Shown one piece after another: positions 38,716 to 48,105 of a stretch of 64,000 nt of DNA (position 1 is its first letter; the number at the start of each line of letters is the position of its first letter). The notes under the pieces are model-generated. The model made no database searches, was not told where the DNA came from, and worked only from the letters and a program-made list of their open reading frames with translations. Both the position numbers and the translations under genes were made by a program. This stretch comes from a virus. The stretch spans positions 1 to 64,000 of the IMG/VR virus record IMGVR_UViG_3300025646_005482. One strand, given 5' to 3'.

Positions 38716-38856
38716 ATATTTTACAAAAATAGTCTAAGAAAATCTCTAATCAAATCAATAACTTAGAGATGCCCAGAAACTCCAATGAAATCAATAACCT
38801 AGAGATGTACATATCCGGTCCATGCGGTATAATGGCTCCTGTAAATTGATAAAGGA
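38711..38856 (+). repeat. ~145-bp dispersed repeat, copy 2: tandem IHF-like boxes plus early promoter
   Basis: AATCAATAACTTA at 38753-38765 and AATCAATAACCTA at 38789-38801; TGTACA (38806)-16 nt-TATAAT (38828). Confidence 0.8.
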
Positions 38857-38863
38857 CGTAGAT

Positions 38864-39157
38864 ATGGCTAAGCAACTTTACATTCCAGAGTTTTTCGCAG
38901 ACGCTTACAGTGGTCGTAACACCATCCCATGGGACGTTGCAGCTAACCACTTTCGTAACGCTAACTTCGGTACGATGTATGCTGATGGTAGTGGTCTGCT
39001 GGAAAACCTGATTGGTTTCGAAAAGTTCTACGACGAGCGCCTCAACGAGGTTGAGTTTGAAGACGACTTCTTCGACGAGTGGAAGTGGGAAATCTGTGCC
39101 TTCAACTCTCTTTGTGAAGGTTTCAGCAAGCTGTTCGCTCCTGCGGAAGCTGCATAA
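38864..39157 (+). CDS. early hypothetical protein
   Basis: AAGGA SD; directly downstream of an early promoter. Confidence 0.6.
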   Translation: MAKQLYIPEFFADAYSGRNTIPWDVAANHFRNANFGTMYADGSGLLENLIGFEKFYDERLNEVEFEDDFFDEWKWEICAFNSLCEGFSKLFAPAEAA

Positions 39158-39176
39158 ATAATAAGGGAGGAAACGT

Positions 39177-39608
39177 ATGAAAAAGTTTCTATTAGTGATT
39201 GCTTTGTTACCGATGTTTGGTTGTACGACCTATGCCAACTCTACTTACAAAGATAATTCAACTGCAGACAGACGAGACATCGAAGCAACTGGTGCGGCCG
39301 CTGTTGAAGCTGCTAAGTCTAATACCGATAAAAATATCGATATTAAAGGTTTGCAAGTAAGTCATAACACTCATCATCAAGCTGATGTGACTATGACTAC
39401 TGGTAATCATCGCTATGTTGTTTTTGGTCCAGACGGTAAGCGTGATCATCGTGCTGAGCTTCGTCTGATGCAACAATCAATGCACAATCGTAATGGTCGT
39501 CAAGGTGTTGGTGAATACACACGGAATCGATTTGATCGAGAGTGGGATCACCGCGTAAAGCGTAAGATTGATGCTGAGATCGATCGATTTATGGACAAGG
39601 TGTTCTAA
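39177..39608 (+). CDS. putative lipoprotein
   Basis: MKKFLLVIALLPMFG-C lipobox-like; GGGAGG SD; CATAAATA upstream. Confidence 0.6.
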   Translation: MKKFLLVIALLPMFGCTTYANSTYKDNSTADRRDIEATGAAAVEAAKSNTDKNIDIKGLQVSHNTHHQADVTMTTGNHRYVVFGPDGKRDHRAELRLMQQSMHNRNGRQGVGEYTRNRFDREWDHRVKRKIDAEIDRFMDKVF

Positions 39609-39773
39609 TGAATGAAACAGTGTTACGCTGGACAAAAGTAGTTTTACTTACTCCAGTTGTTGTTGTATGGGATGTGCTTTATTTTGTTATAAGTAAAGTG
39701 TACGAAGGTGCCACTTGGATTGACCAGAAGGGTGGCAATATTATTGACGATTTTATTGAAGGAAGGAGTTAAC

Positions 39774-39947
39774 ATGGCAGAAGTAGCCAAATTGCCGCTT
39801 GAAACGATGAACGAAGTGTTGAACGTTCTTGGTGGTTTACCCTATGCTCAAGTGGCAGACATCATTGCAAAGGTACGACGAGATACTACGGTTGAAACTG
39901 TACCTGAAGAAATTCCAGCAAACAAGTCGAAGGTAAAATCTGAGTGA
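39774..39947 (+). CDS. hypothetical protein
   Basis: AAGGAG SD; NVLGGLPYAQVADII. Confidence 0.55.
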   Translation: MAEVAKLPLETMNEVLNVLGGLPYAQVADIIAKVRRDTTVETVPEEIPANKSKVKSE

Positions 39948-40147
39948 CAGGAATTGAAGTAATATTAGCTACGGCTGGTTTTGCTATGCTAGCATTTAAA
40001 CTGTTGGTCTTTTTGTTAATCGCAGGCTTTGTTGTATGGGCTTTATTTCAAACAGCAGCTATTATCTTTAAGATTTTATTTTATGGTATCGTGACACTAG
40101 TGACTATAGCAGCACTATTCACGGTACCTATATGGTTGCTCGCTTAG
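39944..40147 (+). CDS. small membrane protein
   Basis: Almost entirely hydrophobic, 67 aa. Confidence 0.55.
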   Translation: MTGIEVILATAGFAMLAFKLLVFLLIAGFVVWALFQTAAIIFKILFYGIVTLVTIAALFTVPIWLLA

Positions 40148-40323
40148 CTATATTACTTCTATTAAGTGGTTGTGCGCTCCGGCCGCCTGACGACTGGGGC
40201 ATTTCTATTGAGGATATGGAAGGAATGGGAAATCCTACTATCGATGAGTGTCAAATCACTTTCGGTGGTGAGGTTCCTATGGTTCCTTGTGTGATTGAGT
40301 TAGAATTGGAATGGGAAATTTAA
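40132..40323 (+). CDS. small putative lipoprotein
   Basis: LLLLSG-C lipobox. Confidence 0.5.
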   Translation: MVARLAILLLLSGCALRPPDDWGISIEDMEGMGNPTIDECQITFGGEVPMVPCVIELELEWEI

Positions 40324-40718
40324 AGAATTTTATTGGCGACACAATAACACACGCCGAAAAAGGAATATTATTGTTTGTCGTATTCGGCACTATATGGGCT
40401 GCTGGTTTCGACATATTAGGTATGTTCCAACAACAAGGCAAGATGGCACTCGGTGATCTCTTCTTGCTATTCATCTACGCAGAGATTCTTGGCATGGTTG
40501 CGGCATTCTATAAGAGTGAGCGCATACCAGTATCACTGCCTCTCATCATTGCCATGACTGCGCTGACGCGTATGATCATACTACAGACGAAAGGCAATGA
40601 ACCACTCAACATCATCTATGAGTCTGCTGGCATTCTTATTCTTGCAGCTGCAGCGTATATCATGACGAAGAAAGATTACATCTCTTTGAAGAAAGGCGAT
40701 CTACGTGAGAGTCATTGA
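40311..40718 (+). CDS. psiE: phosphate-starvation-inducible PsiE family membrane protein
   Basis: LGDLFLLFIYAEILGMV..FYKS.RIPV..PLIIAMTALTRMII; four TM segments. Confidence 0.85.
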   Translation: MGNLKNFIGDTITHAEKGILLFVVFGTIWAAGFDILGMFQQQGKMALGDLFLLFIYAEILGMVAAFYKSERIPVSLPLIIAMTALTRMIILQTKGNEPLNIIYESAGILILAAAAYIMTKKDYISLKKGDLRESH

Positions 40719-41190
40719 TAATATATTCAATGACCAAGAGCTTACGTTTTGTAAGCAACAATTTCAAGATGCCCTCAAAGGTGAGTGGCAAATTAACAAG
40801 TTTTTGTGGCAACCATACTTGACCGAAGGCTATGACGGGTATGTGTTGATGCAAAATGTTAGCGATAGAGTCCGTGACATTGTCTTAGAGAATGTGCAAA
40901 AACATGTACAATACAAGCAAGAACCGGGTATAATGTTCTATATGTGGAGCGAAGGTTCAGCAATCAATTGGCATCATGATGATCATGTTGATAAGGCTTG
41001 CACAATATATCTCAACAATTGGCCGATTGATCGAGGTGGTCAATTCGTTTATCGTGATGAACACAAACAAACTTTCGTTCCTATCATTGAGAATCGAATG
41101 GTTATCAATGACAATCATACCGAACACAAAGTGACACCGGTGAAAAAGAGTAAAGAGATAAGATATACACTTCAGGTATTTGGAACATGA
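40705..41190 (+). CDS. 2OG-Fe(II) oxygenase
   Basis: INWHHD, TIYLN, GGQF, EHKVTPV, RYTLQ. Confidence 0.8.
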   Translation: MRVIDNIFNDQELTFCKQQFQDALKGEWQINKFLWQPYLTEGYDGYVLMQNVSDRVRDIVLENVQKHVQYKQEPGIMFYMWSEGSAINWHHDDHVDKACTIYLNNWPIDRGGQFVYRDEHKQTFVPIIENRMVINDNHTEHKVTPVKKSKEIRYTLQVFGT

Positions 41191-41744
41191 ACAGATTTAA
41201 GATTGAAAAAACACCACAGCAATGCGCTCAGTCACATTGCGACAAACACGTACCAAAGATGTACGTCGAGGAAGGACAGATGCTATCGACTGTGCATCGT
41301 CTTCTCGATGGTACTGAGGAGCGTCGACCTTCAAAGTCAGGTAAGACTATGCAACGATATTGGAAATTGCCTGACGAGCGCGAGGACGTTCTCTATGCGG
41401 CCGTACATGTAAAACATCCGTGTACACTATGGGCAATGGAAACGGCAGGTAACTATCAGTGGGCATATCAGATGTTCCTCTACCTCGGCATCGAGTACAA
41501 CTACCGCTACAACAAGTACCACAAGACAGACGAGCTTGATGGTTGGTTGTGTTATCCTCCCAGCAATATCAATCCTTCTCAAGAAGTGACTCCGATGCCA
41601 CTTGCAATGGGTGCCAATCCAGAGTGCATCAATCCTGACGACGTGATTGGTTCTTATCGTGCATTCTATCAGAAGAAGCAACATCGCTTCAATATGGTAT
41701 GGACAAAGCGGCCTGTACCTCACTGGTTCGAATACGCTGCATGA
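41187..41744 (+). CDS. pyrimidine-dimer DNA glycosylase (DenV-related family)
   Basis: AQSHCDKHVPKM..E..QMLSTVH, HPCTLWA, EYNYRYNKYH, YRAFY. Confidence 0.75.
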   Translation: MNRFKIEKTPQQCAQSHCDKHVPKMYVEEGQMLSTVHRLLDGTEERRPSKSGKTMQRYWKLPDEREDVLYAAVHVKHPCTLWAMETAGNYQWAYQMFLYLGIEYNYRYNKYHKTDELDGWLCYPPSNINPSQEVTPMPLAMGANPECINPDDVIGSYRAFYQKKQHRFNMVWTKRPVPHWFEYAA

Positions 41745-41766
41745 TAAATAGTCCTATCGATAGGAG
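41743..41766 (+). promoter_or_regulatory. late promoter followed by an SD-sequestering palindrome
   Basis: GATAAATA, then TCCTATCGATAGGA overlapping AGGAG. Confidence 0.55.
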
Positions 41767-41775
41767 ATAGGATTC

Positions 41776-43119
41776 ATGGCTCTAGGCAAGCTTACACCAG
41801 CAGAACTCATCAAGAAAAATAGTAATACGGGCGAGCAGCGTATAGACATTCTCGAGAATGCTATCAAGAAAGGTGTCGCCCTTCCTCTCGTTGACGGTAG
41901 TGAAGTAGTACTCGAAAACTCTAAAGAAAACTTAGATGCGGTCGAAGGTTTCAAAACCGCTGGCAAAGCTTTCGATTTAAAAGTAAAAACTGGTCAAAGA
42001 GTTATCAAATCATCTGATATCGGCAAGTCACCTCTTTTTGGAGGAGGTATAGGCGGTGCAGGTGGTGGTACACAACAAACTGCGATCGTAGAATCAATGC
42101 AGTGTGTTTATCTGCAGGCGATGTTAGATAATCCAAATCAGAATATCGAGTTTTTCACACCGTCAGTGATGAAAAAAGCATATGCTAGGTGCGAAGTAGG
42201 TGGTACTACATTCGACGAGATTCGAGACTTTGATCCGAGTTGGCACGTATCAGCATTCTTATCTGCTGAGATCATTATCAAAAATGGTTATGTCAATAAG
42301 AATCAAGTCTTTCATCGCGATTCAAATACGATGAAGAAGATCTACGCTATGAAGAAAGAGGCATTCAAAAATTCTGGCCTTGACATTCTGACTGATGACA
42401 AGTGGAATCCCGGTGATATATGGGCAGTCGATAAAAACTTTGACGTCAGTAAGATGCGAACCCGCACTATACAAGAATACAACGAAGATATTCTAATGGC
42501 TTTTAAGAGCAGAAAATGTGTTGGTATATCATTGAAGCTAGTAAAAAGAAATGCACGTTTATCTGTATTGAACGACTCAAACGCGCGCCCATCTACACTC
42601 AAATACATAGAATCAAAGACACAAGGTCAACAACGCAATAATACTTTCTACTCTTCTAAAGGCGGTCAGATCATATATTCAGACGGCAAGATGGAGTGTA
42701 GACCAAATTCTCAGTTAGCTGTTATCAAAGCAGAGATTTTAGGCAAGACAGCGAGAGGTGGAGGTGCGAGTTGGGGCGTCATATCAGATATCGTCAAAGA
42801 TGTTGCTAATATAACATTGCCCAATAACTCTGCTATCGTTAACGCAGCAAAAGCAATGAAGCGCGGTGATAAGACAGCGATCAATAAGTTCTGGTTAGAT
42901 GCTAAATTAATTAACAGCAATATCAAAGAAGCAGAATTTAAAGATCAAGTCCCAAAATGTGAGTTAGATTGGATACACGGTAAATATGGTGTATGTACTT
43001 TGTTGAGTACTTTGCAAAGAACAAAAGGTGCTAAAGCAAACGAGATAGTTAACTCTATTCACAACTATGCTGGTAGTCAATCAAAATTATCCAGTGTATA
43101 TGTTAAGGTTTACGAATGA
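41776..43119 (+). CDS. PD-(D/E)xK nuclease-like protein
   Basis: AIVES...DKWNPGDIW...VGISLK, a restriction-endonuclease-like arrangement. Confidence 0.55.
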   Translation: MALGKLTPAELIKKNSNTGEQRIDILENAIKKGVALPLVDGSEVVLENSKENLDAVEGFKTAGKAFDLKVKTGQRVIKSSDIGKSPLFGGGIGGAGGGTQQTAIVESMQCVYLQAMLDNPNQNIEFFTPSVMKKAYARCEVGGTTFDEIRDFDPSWHVSAFLSAEIIIKNGYVNKNQVFHRDSNTMKKIYAMKKEAFKNSGLDILTDDKWNPGDIWAVDKNFDVSKMRTRTIQEYNEDILMAFKSRKCVGISLKLVKRNARLSVLNDSNARPSTLKYIESKTQGQQRNNTFYSSKGGQIIYSDGKMECRPNSQLAVIKAEILGKTARGGGASWGVISDIVKDVANITLPNNSAIVNAAKAMKRGDKTAINKFWLDAKLINSNIKEAEFKDQVPKCELDWIHGKYGVCTLLSTLQRTKGAKANEIVNSIHNYAGSQSKLSSVYVKVYE

Positions 43120-44345
43120 AAAAGTTTGATAAGTATATAGTAGAAGCTAAAAATACACACATGGAACATGTGGAGGATCTGATATTCAATGAAGGCGTGG
43201 TTGGTACTAGAAAGGCTATTAATTTCTTACGTGATCTCAGAGATATGCTTGCTGGTAGCAGCAAAAGTAGAATCTCTCGCACCGTTAAATGGGACGGCGC
43301 TCCGGCTGTATTCGCGGGCATTGATCCATCAGACGGAAAGTTTTTCGTCGCTAAAAAGGGAGTATTCAATAAGAATCCTAAAGTCTATAAGACTCCCGCT
43401 GACGTTAAGGCTGATACTAGCGGGGATCTCCAGGCTAAACTACTTGTATCACTCGCCGAATTTAGTAAACTCGGAATCAAAAAAGGTGTATATCAAGGAG
43501 ACTTGATGTTCACAGGCAACGATGTGAAGAAAGAGGATATCGATGGTCAGTCTTATTATACTTTCCAACCTAATACTATTGTTTACGCTGTTCCTGTGGA
43601 CAGTAATCTTGGACGACAGATCGCTCGCGCGAAGATCGGCATCGTATGGCATACCACTTACACTGGTAATTCTTTTGAGTCTATGTCTGCTAGTTTTGGA
43701 AAAGACATCGCTTCTACCTTTAATAATGTAGCAAGCATTTGGCAGACAGACGCCACATATAGAGATGAATCAGGTCGTGCTACATTCACCGAGAAAGAAA
43801 CAGAACAAGTCACAAATTTACTTGCTTCTGTTGGTCGTGTATTCAATAGTACGCCAGCCGATCTCATTAACTATTGGCATGAAAATCCTAAGTTACTCGA
43901 GCTCGTGAAGATATTCAATAATAGTTACGTACGTCAAGGAAAGAGAATTAATCCTCGGACACATACACAAGCATTCATGAACTGGATGACAGATAGATAT
44001 AAGAAAGAAATGGATAAAGTGAAGACTCCTGCCGCGAAAGCAAAGAAGAAGGCAGAGATGAAAGAGACAATGAGAATATTCAGTAAGTTCAACAAAGGTC
44101 AGATTCAGAATGTGTGGACGCTGATGGTACTTCTGTCGGACGCCAAACAGATGATTATAAATAAAATGAATCAAGCTGGTTCACTACGTACATTCTTGCG
44201 AACACGCAACGGATTTAAAGTGACAGCACCAGAGGGTTTCTGCGCTATCGACCACCTCAGCAATGATGCAGTGAAGATAGTAGACAGAATGGAATTTAGT
44301 AAAGCAAACTTTAGTCCCGATATTATTAAGGGTTGGCAAAGATAA
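43116..44345 (+). CDS. DUF6267-like ATP-dependent (RNA) ligase-fold protein with capsid-targeting N-terminus
   Basis: Ligase motifs I TVKWDG, III YQGDLMF, IV PEGF, V VKIVDR; N-terminus MKKFDKYIVE. Confidence 0.65.
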   Translation: MKKFDKYIVEAKNTHMEHVEDLIFNEGVVGTRKAINFLRDLRDMLAGSSKSRISRTVKWDGAPAVFAGIDPSDGKFFVAKKGVFNKNPKVYKTPADVKADTSGDLQAKLLVSLAEFSKLGIKKGVYQGDLMFTGNDVKKEDIDGQSYYTFQPNTIVYAVPVDSNLGRQIARAKIGIVWHTTYTGNSFESMSASFGKDIASTFNNVASIWQTDATYRDESGRATFTEKETEQVTNLLASVGRVFNSTPADLINYWHENPKLLELVKIFNNSYVRQGKRINPRTHTQAFMNWMTDRYKKEMDKVKTPAAKAKKKAEMKETMRIFSKFNKGQIQNVWTLMVLLSDAKQMIINKMNQAGSLRTFLRTRNGFKVTAPEGFCAIDHLSNDAVKIVDRMEFSKANFSPDIIKGWQR

Positions 44346-44349
44346 CAAA

Positions 44350-45051
44350 ATGATTGATATAGTATGTTTTAAGTGGGGTGACAAGTTCGGTCCAGCATAT
44401 GTAAATAGACTAGCTGCAGCGATTGAAAGACATGTGACTGTTCCGCATCGTTTTATTTGCTATACTGATAATCCTTATGGTGTGAAATGCGAAACACGCC
44501 CATTCATCACCAATCTCCCGTATTGGTGGTACATCATCGGTCTAACTAATCCAGACCACGATCATTCAGAAAAAACAATCTATATGGATCTCGATACTAT
44601 CATCACCAAAAACATTGATGATATCGTATCTCTTGACGTGCCATTTGCAACTATCAGTGATTTCTATGCCACTAGCGGATTACAAACTGCTTATATTATG
44701 TGGAATAAGGAAGTAGGTAAAAAGATCTGGGACTTTTTCACAAGCAAATATCAGCCAGAAGATTATGAAAAGCTATGTAGATCTGCAACAGGTGGCACTA
44801 ATAAATTCTTAGAGGAATGTATGGGTGTCAGACGACTAAATAAAAATCCAAATGCTGGTGTCCCAGGTGTGGTAGTCAACAGATTACAAGATCATTTTCC
44901 TGGTAGTTGCATCAGTTATAAAGTTCATGTAGTAAAACAAAACATGCAAACATTACCTGACAACACACGAATGGTATTTTTCCATGGTAAACCAATGCCT
45001 CATGAAGTAAAAGCAGATTGGATGAACGAACATTGGAGAGATTTACCTTGA
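44350..45051 (+). CDS. glycosyltransferase (GT-A)
   Basis: CFKWGDKFGPAYVNRL, YMDLD, FFHGKPMPH. Confidence 0.8.
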   Translation: MIDIVCFKWGDKFGPAYVNRLAAAIERHVTVPHRFICYTDNPYGVKCETRPFITNLPYWWYIIGLTNPDHDHSEKTIYMDLDTIITKNIDDIVSLDVPFATISDFYATSGLQTAYIMWNKEVGKKIWDFFTSKYQPEDYEKLCRSATGGTNKFLEECMGVRRLNKNPNAGVPGVVVNRLQDHFPGSCISYKVHVVKQNMQTLPDNTRMVFFHGKPMPHEVKADWMNEHWRDLP

Positions 45052-45971
45052 AAGTTATAACAAGCGCAACTCCTGAATTTTTGCCTGGTGTACAAGCACT
45101 CAGAAATAGTTTGAAGATTCATCATCCCGATGCAGAGTTATGGTGTTTTTACTATTCAAAAGGTCAAGATGTCGAATTACCGACTGATGTAAATTACATA
45201 CACGAAGCAAAGCACTTAGGTCCACTCATCGATGATGGTAAAACATTTAGACACGGTTTACCACTCGGACCTGACATGTACGCACGTATTTTAATACCCA
45301 ACTATTTTGATTCTGGTCGTGTATTCTATGTTGATGCTGATTGTCTGATACTCAACGATATATCAGAATTGTGGACGATGGATTTACAGGGTTATCCAAC
45401 TGCTTGCGTATATAGACCAGATATTGGATGGCATGCTGGTGGTAGAGAATGGACGATGGCGTCCGGTACTTTCCTTTGTGATGTAGAAGCCTGGAAACTT
45501 TTTAGGTTGATTACTGATAGAAAACACCATGAAGGTCTGACTGAATACATGTATGACGTGATGGAATATGATGCACAAGAACTAAAAAGATTCAATCTAA
45601 ATGTAGAGAGCGTAATGAGTTATGCTCATGATGGAAAATTTTTGCACCTCGATGCAGCATATCAAAATCTGACATATTATGGTTGTTTGGTCAAAGATGA
45701 TAAAGTAGCACATTATGCAGGTCCCAAACCATGGTTAATCGAAGATCATACTGATAAGAATCGTGATGTCAATTATAGAGAATTGTGGTTAGCATATTAT
45801 GATAAAGATTTAGAGATGATCAAGAAATTGACAGACGAGCTACCACAAGCTCGAGCTCAAAATGCTATGACAAAAGCAAATCGAAATCATAGACCATTTT
45901 TGTCGAACGAACAATTAGAAAAAGTCAACAACAGATTTTTAGAAATCTATAATAGAGTACAAGGAAAATAA
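45018..45971 (+). CDS. glycosyltransferase family 8
   Basis: MYARILIP, VFYVDADCLILNDISELW, HYAGPKPW. Confidence 0.85.
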   Translation: MDERTLERFTLKVITSATPEFLPGVQALRNSLKIHHPDAELWCFYYSKGQDVELPTDVNYIHEAKHLGPLIDDGKTFRHGLPLGPDMYARILIPNYFDSGRVFYVDADCLILNDISELWTMDLQGYPTACVYRPDIGWHAGGREWTMASGTFLCDVEAWKLFRLITDRKHHEGLTEYMYDVMEYDAQELKRFNLNVESVMSYAHDGKFLHLDAAYQNLTYYGCLVKDDKVAHYAGPKPWLIEDHTDKNRDVNYRELWLAYYDKDLEMIKKLTDELPQARAQNAMTKANRNHRPFLSNEQLEKVNNRFLEIYNRVQGK

Positions 45972-45972
45972 T

Positions 45973-46887
45973 ATGAAAATTTTAGTTACAGGCGGTGCAG
46001 GCTTTATCGGTCAATACACCGTAGAAAAATGTATCGAAAGAGGTCATGAGCCATTTATCTTTGATCACTATGATCGCAAAGAAGAATATCCTTGTCCTGT
46101 TATTCTGGGAGATGTACGCGATGACGTAGCAGTCACAGAGGCGATGGCACATGCTGATGCTTGGATTCACCTCGCTGCCGTTCTCGGTACACAAGAAACA
46201 GTATTCAATCCACGACCTGCCGCACAGTCAAATCTGATGGGCGGTTTGAATATGCTCGAAGCTGCAGTTCAGTATGATTTGCCTGGTACCTACATCGGTG
46301 TAGGTAATCATTGGATGAACAACACATATTCTATCACGAAGACAATGATTGAACGATTCATTGATATGTACAATAAGAATCGTGGCACTCGTGTCAACAT
46401 CGTACGTGCAATGAATGCATACGGACCTCGCCAGCGACCCGTTGCTCCGTGGGGTTGTAGTAAAGTACGTAAGATTACACCATCATTTGCATGCCGCGCG
46501 CTGTCAGGTATGGACGTAGAGGTCTATGGTGACGGTCAGCAAGTATCTGATATGTGTTGGGTTGGTGATGTTGCACATGCTTTGGTTGTTGCGACCGAAA
46601 AAGCTGCAGCCGGTACTATTTTTCCTGAAGCTGTTGAAGTTGGACCTGAGATCAATAGCACTGTTCAAGAAGTTGCCGAATTGATCATTAGTCTAGCTGG
46701 CACTGACGCCAAATTGGTAAATCTACCAATGAGACCAGGCGAAATCGCTGGTTCCACTGTTGCTGCTGATGTTAACACTCTGCGATACGTGGATATGTCT
46801 GTCGATGATTTGATGCCTCTTGAAGAAGGTATGAAACAAACAGTTGAGTTTTTCAGAGAGTTAGTTGCGCAGACGAATGATTCCTAA
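45973..46887 (+). CDS. NAD-dependent nucleotide-sugar epimerase/dehydratase
   Basis: ILVTGGAGFIG, HLAA, YSITK (YxxxK), NAYGPRQ, VYGDGQQ. Confidence 0.92.
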   Translation: MKILVTGGAGFIGQYTVEKCIERGHEPFIFDHYDRKEEYPCPVILGDVRDDVAVTEAMAHADAWIHLAAVLGTQETVFNPRPAAQSNLMGGLNMLEAAVQYDLPGTYIGVGNHWMNNTYSITKTMIERFIDMYNKNRGTRVNIVRAMNAYGPRQRPVAPWGCSKVRKITPSFACRALSGMDVEVYGDGQQVSDMCWVGDVAHALVVATEKAAAGTIFPEAVEVGPEINSTVQEVAELIISLAGTDAKLVNLPMRPGEIAGSTVAADVNTLRYVDMSVDDLMPLEEGMKQTVEFFRELVAQTNDS

Positions 46888-47425
46888 TGGTTCTATCAGT
46901 GTAGTAGGTAATTCGCAAAGTCTTTTTGGCAAGGGTTATGGACCTCAAATCGATCAACATACTACTATTCGTTTTAATCATATACCGTCTCTCGACCCTG
47001 TACATCAGGGAGTCAGATGGGATTACATGGCGACAAGTAATCCGAGAGAAATAAAGAAATGGAATAACCACGACGGTGAATTACCATTTAAAAATTTCTT
47101 TTTTACACCATGGGCAGCATCTGAAGAGAGACATCACAATGCTCGTAAATGGCAGACACCGATGTATGCTACACCGAGAGAGGTATGGGAAGAAGTTCAA
47201 CAAATAACTAAAGCTCGACCATCAACCGGCATTTTAGTACTTTATACGTTGTATAAATTGGGTTTAGAAGACGTTCATATATTTGGTTTTGATTGGAAAG
47301 CAACACCAACATATTATAATGATCCGATAAAAGAAAAAGGTGAAAGCAAAATGCATGATTATGTTGACGAACGTAAGATATGTATGGAGCTGATCAGTAA
47401 AAACAATTGGAAGTATCATGTGTGA
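46877..47425 (+). CDS. GT29 (sialyltransferase-like) glycosyltransferase
   Basis: Sialylmotif L-like VVGNSQSL...G.QID....IRFN; motif S-like PSTGILVL...IFGFD; VS-like HDYVDE. Confidence 0.7.
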   Translation: MIPNGSISVVGNSQSLFGKGYGPQIDQHTTIRFNHIPSLDPVHQGVRWDYMATSNPREIKKWNNHDGELPFKNFFFTPWAASEERHHNARKWQTPMYATPREVWEEVQQITKARPSTGILVLYTLYKLGLEDVHIFGFDWKATPTYYNDPIKEKGESKMHDYVDERKICMELISKNNWKYHV

Positions 47426-48105
47426 AAACCTATATACTCTATCACAATCATCCTAAATCTATCCAGTATTCGAAAGAAGCAGCCAAAAGTTGTGATGATT
47501 TAGGAATACCGTACGAATTGTTTGAGGGTTATGGTAATATCATGTCTGCAGACGCTGCAAGAGATTTAGGTGTAATATCTGATCCAAATATCAAAGACAA
47601 ATATGACATTAATCATACTAGAAATAAAGCATCGTTATGCAGTCTGAGTCATGCCGCAATATGGAAAAAAATGGCTGAAGAAGAGCATGATGCAATCATA
47701 CTTGAACACGATGCTATCATGCTGTATAAATTTGAATTGAATATACCAGAAGGAGAAATTGTACAGCTGGGATATAAGGTAAATAATATAAAATCGTATG
47801 ATCATTTAGCTGCAGGTAAACCAAAAAATTTAACAGCAATTACGACTCACTGTGGTTCACATGCATATGCGTTAACTCATGGTTCAGCTAAAATATTGTG
47901 GGAAGGTGTAAAACACAGAAAAGGAACAGGCTGCATAGATCAACATGTTATGCAAACTAAAAAGTATAGACAGAATTTAAGCATGAGTATTGCTGATCCT
48001 ATCTGTGCTTTAGGTTGGTTGAGAGAATCAACGATCTGGAATAAAGCTTCAAGGACAAATAAAACATTTATATCCAGTTTTGGAAATTATTATGAAAGCA
48101 AATAG
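47422..48105 (+). CDS. GT25-like glycosyltransferase, paralog 1
   Basis: CSLSHAAIW...IILEHDA...GSHAYAL. Confidence 0.7.
   Translation: MKTYILYHNHPKSIQYSKEAAKSCDDLGIPYELFEGYGNIMSADAARDLGVISDPNIKDKYDINHTRNKASLCSLSHAAIWKKMAEEEHDAIILEHDAIMLYKFELNIPEGEIVQLGYKVNNIKSYDHLAAGKPKNLTAITTHCGSHAYALTHGSAKILWEGVKHRKGTGCIDQHVMQTKKYRQNLSMSIADPICALGWLRESTIWNKASRTNKTFISSFGNYYESK

Noticed and set aside
18771-38856. Repeats considered as a CRISPR array, IS ends or att sites
   Set aside because: There are only two dispersed imperfect copies, with no spacer periodicity and no cas, transposase or integrase; they are explained as promoter modules.
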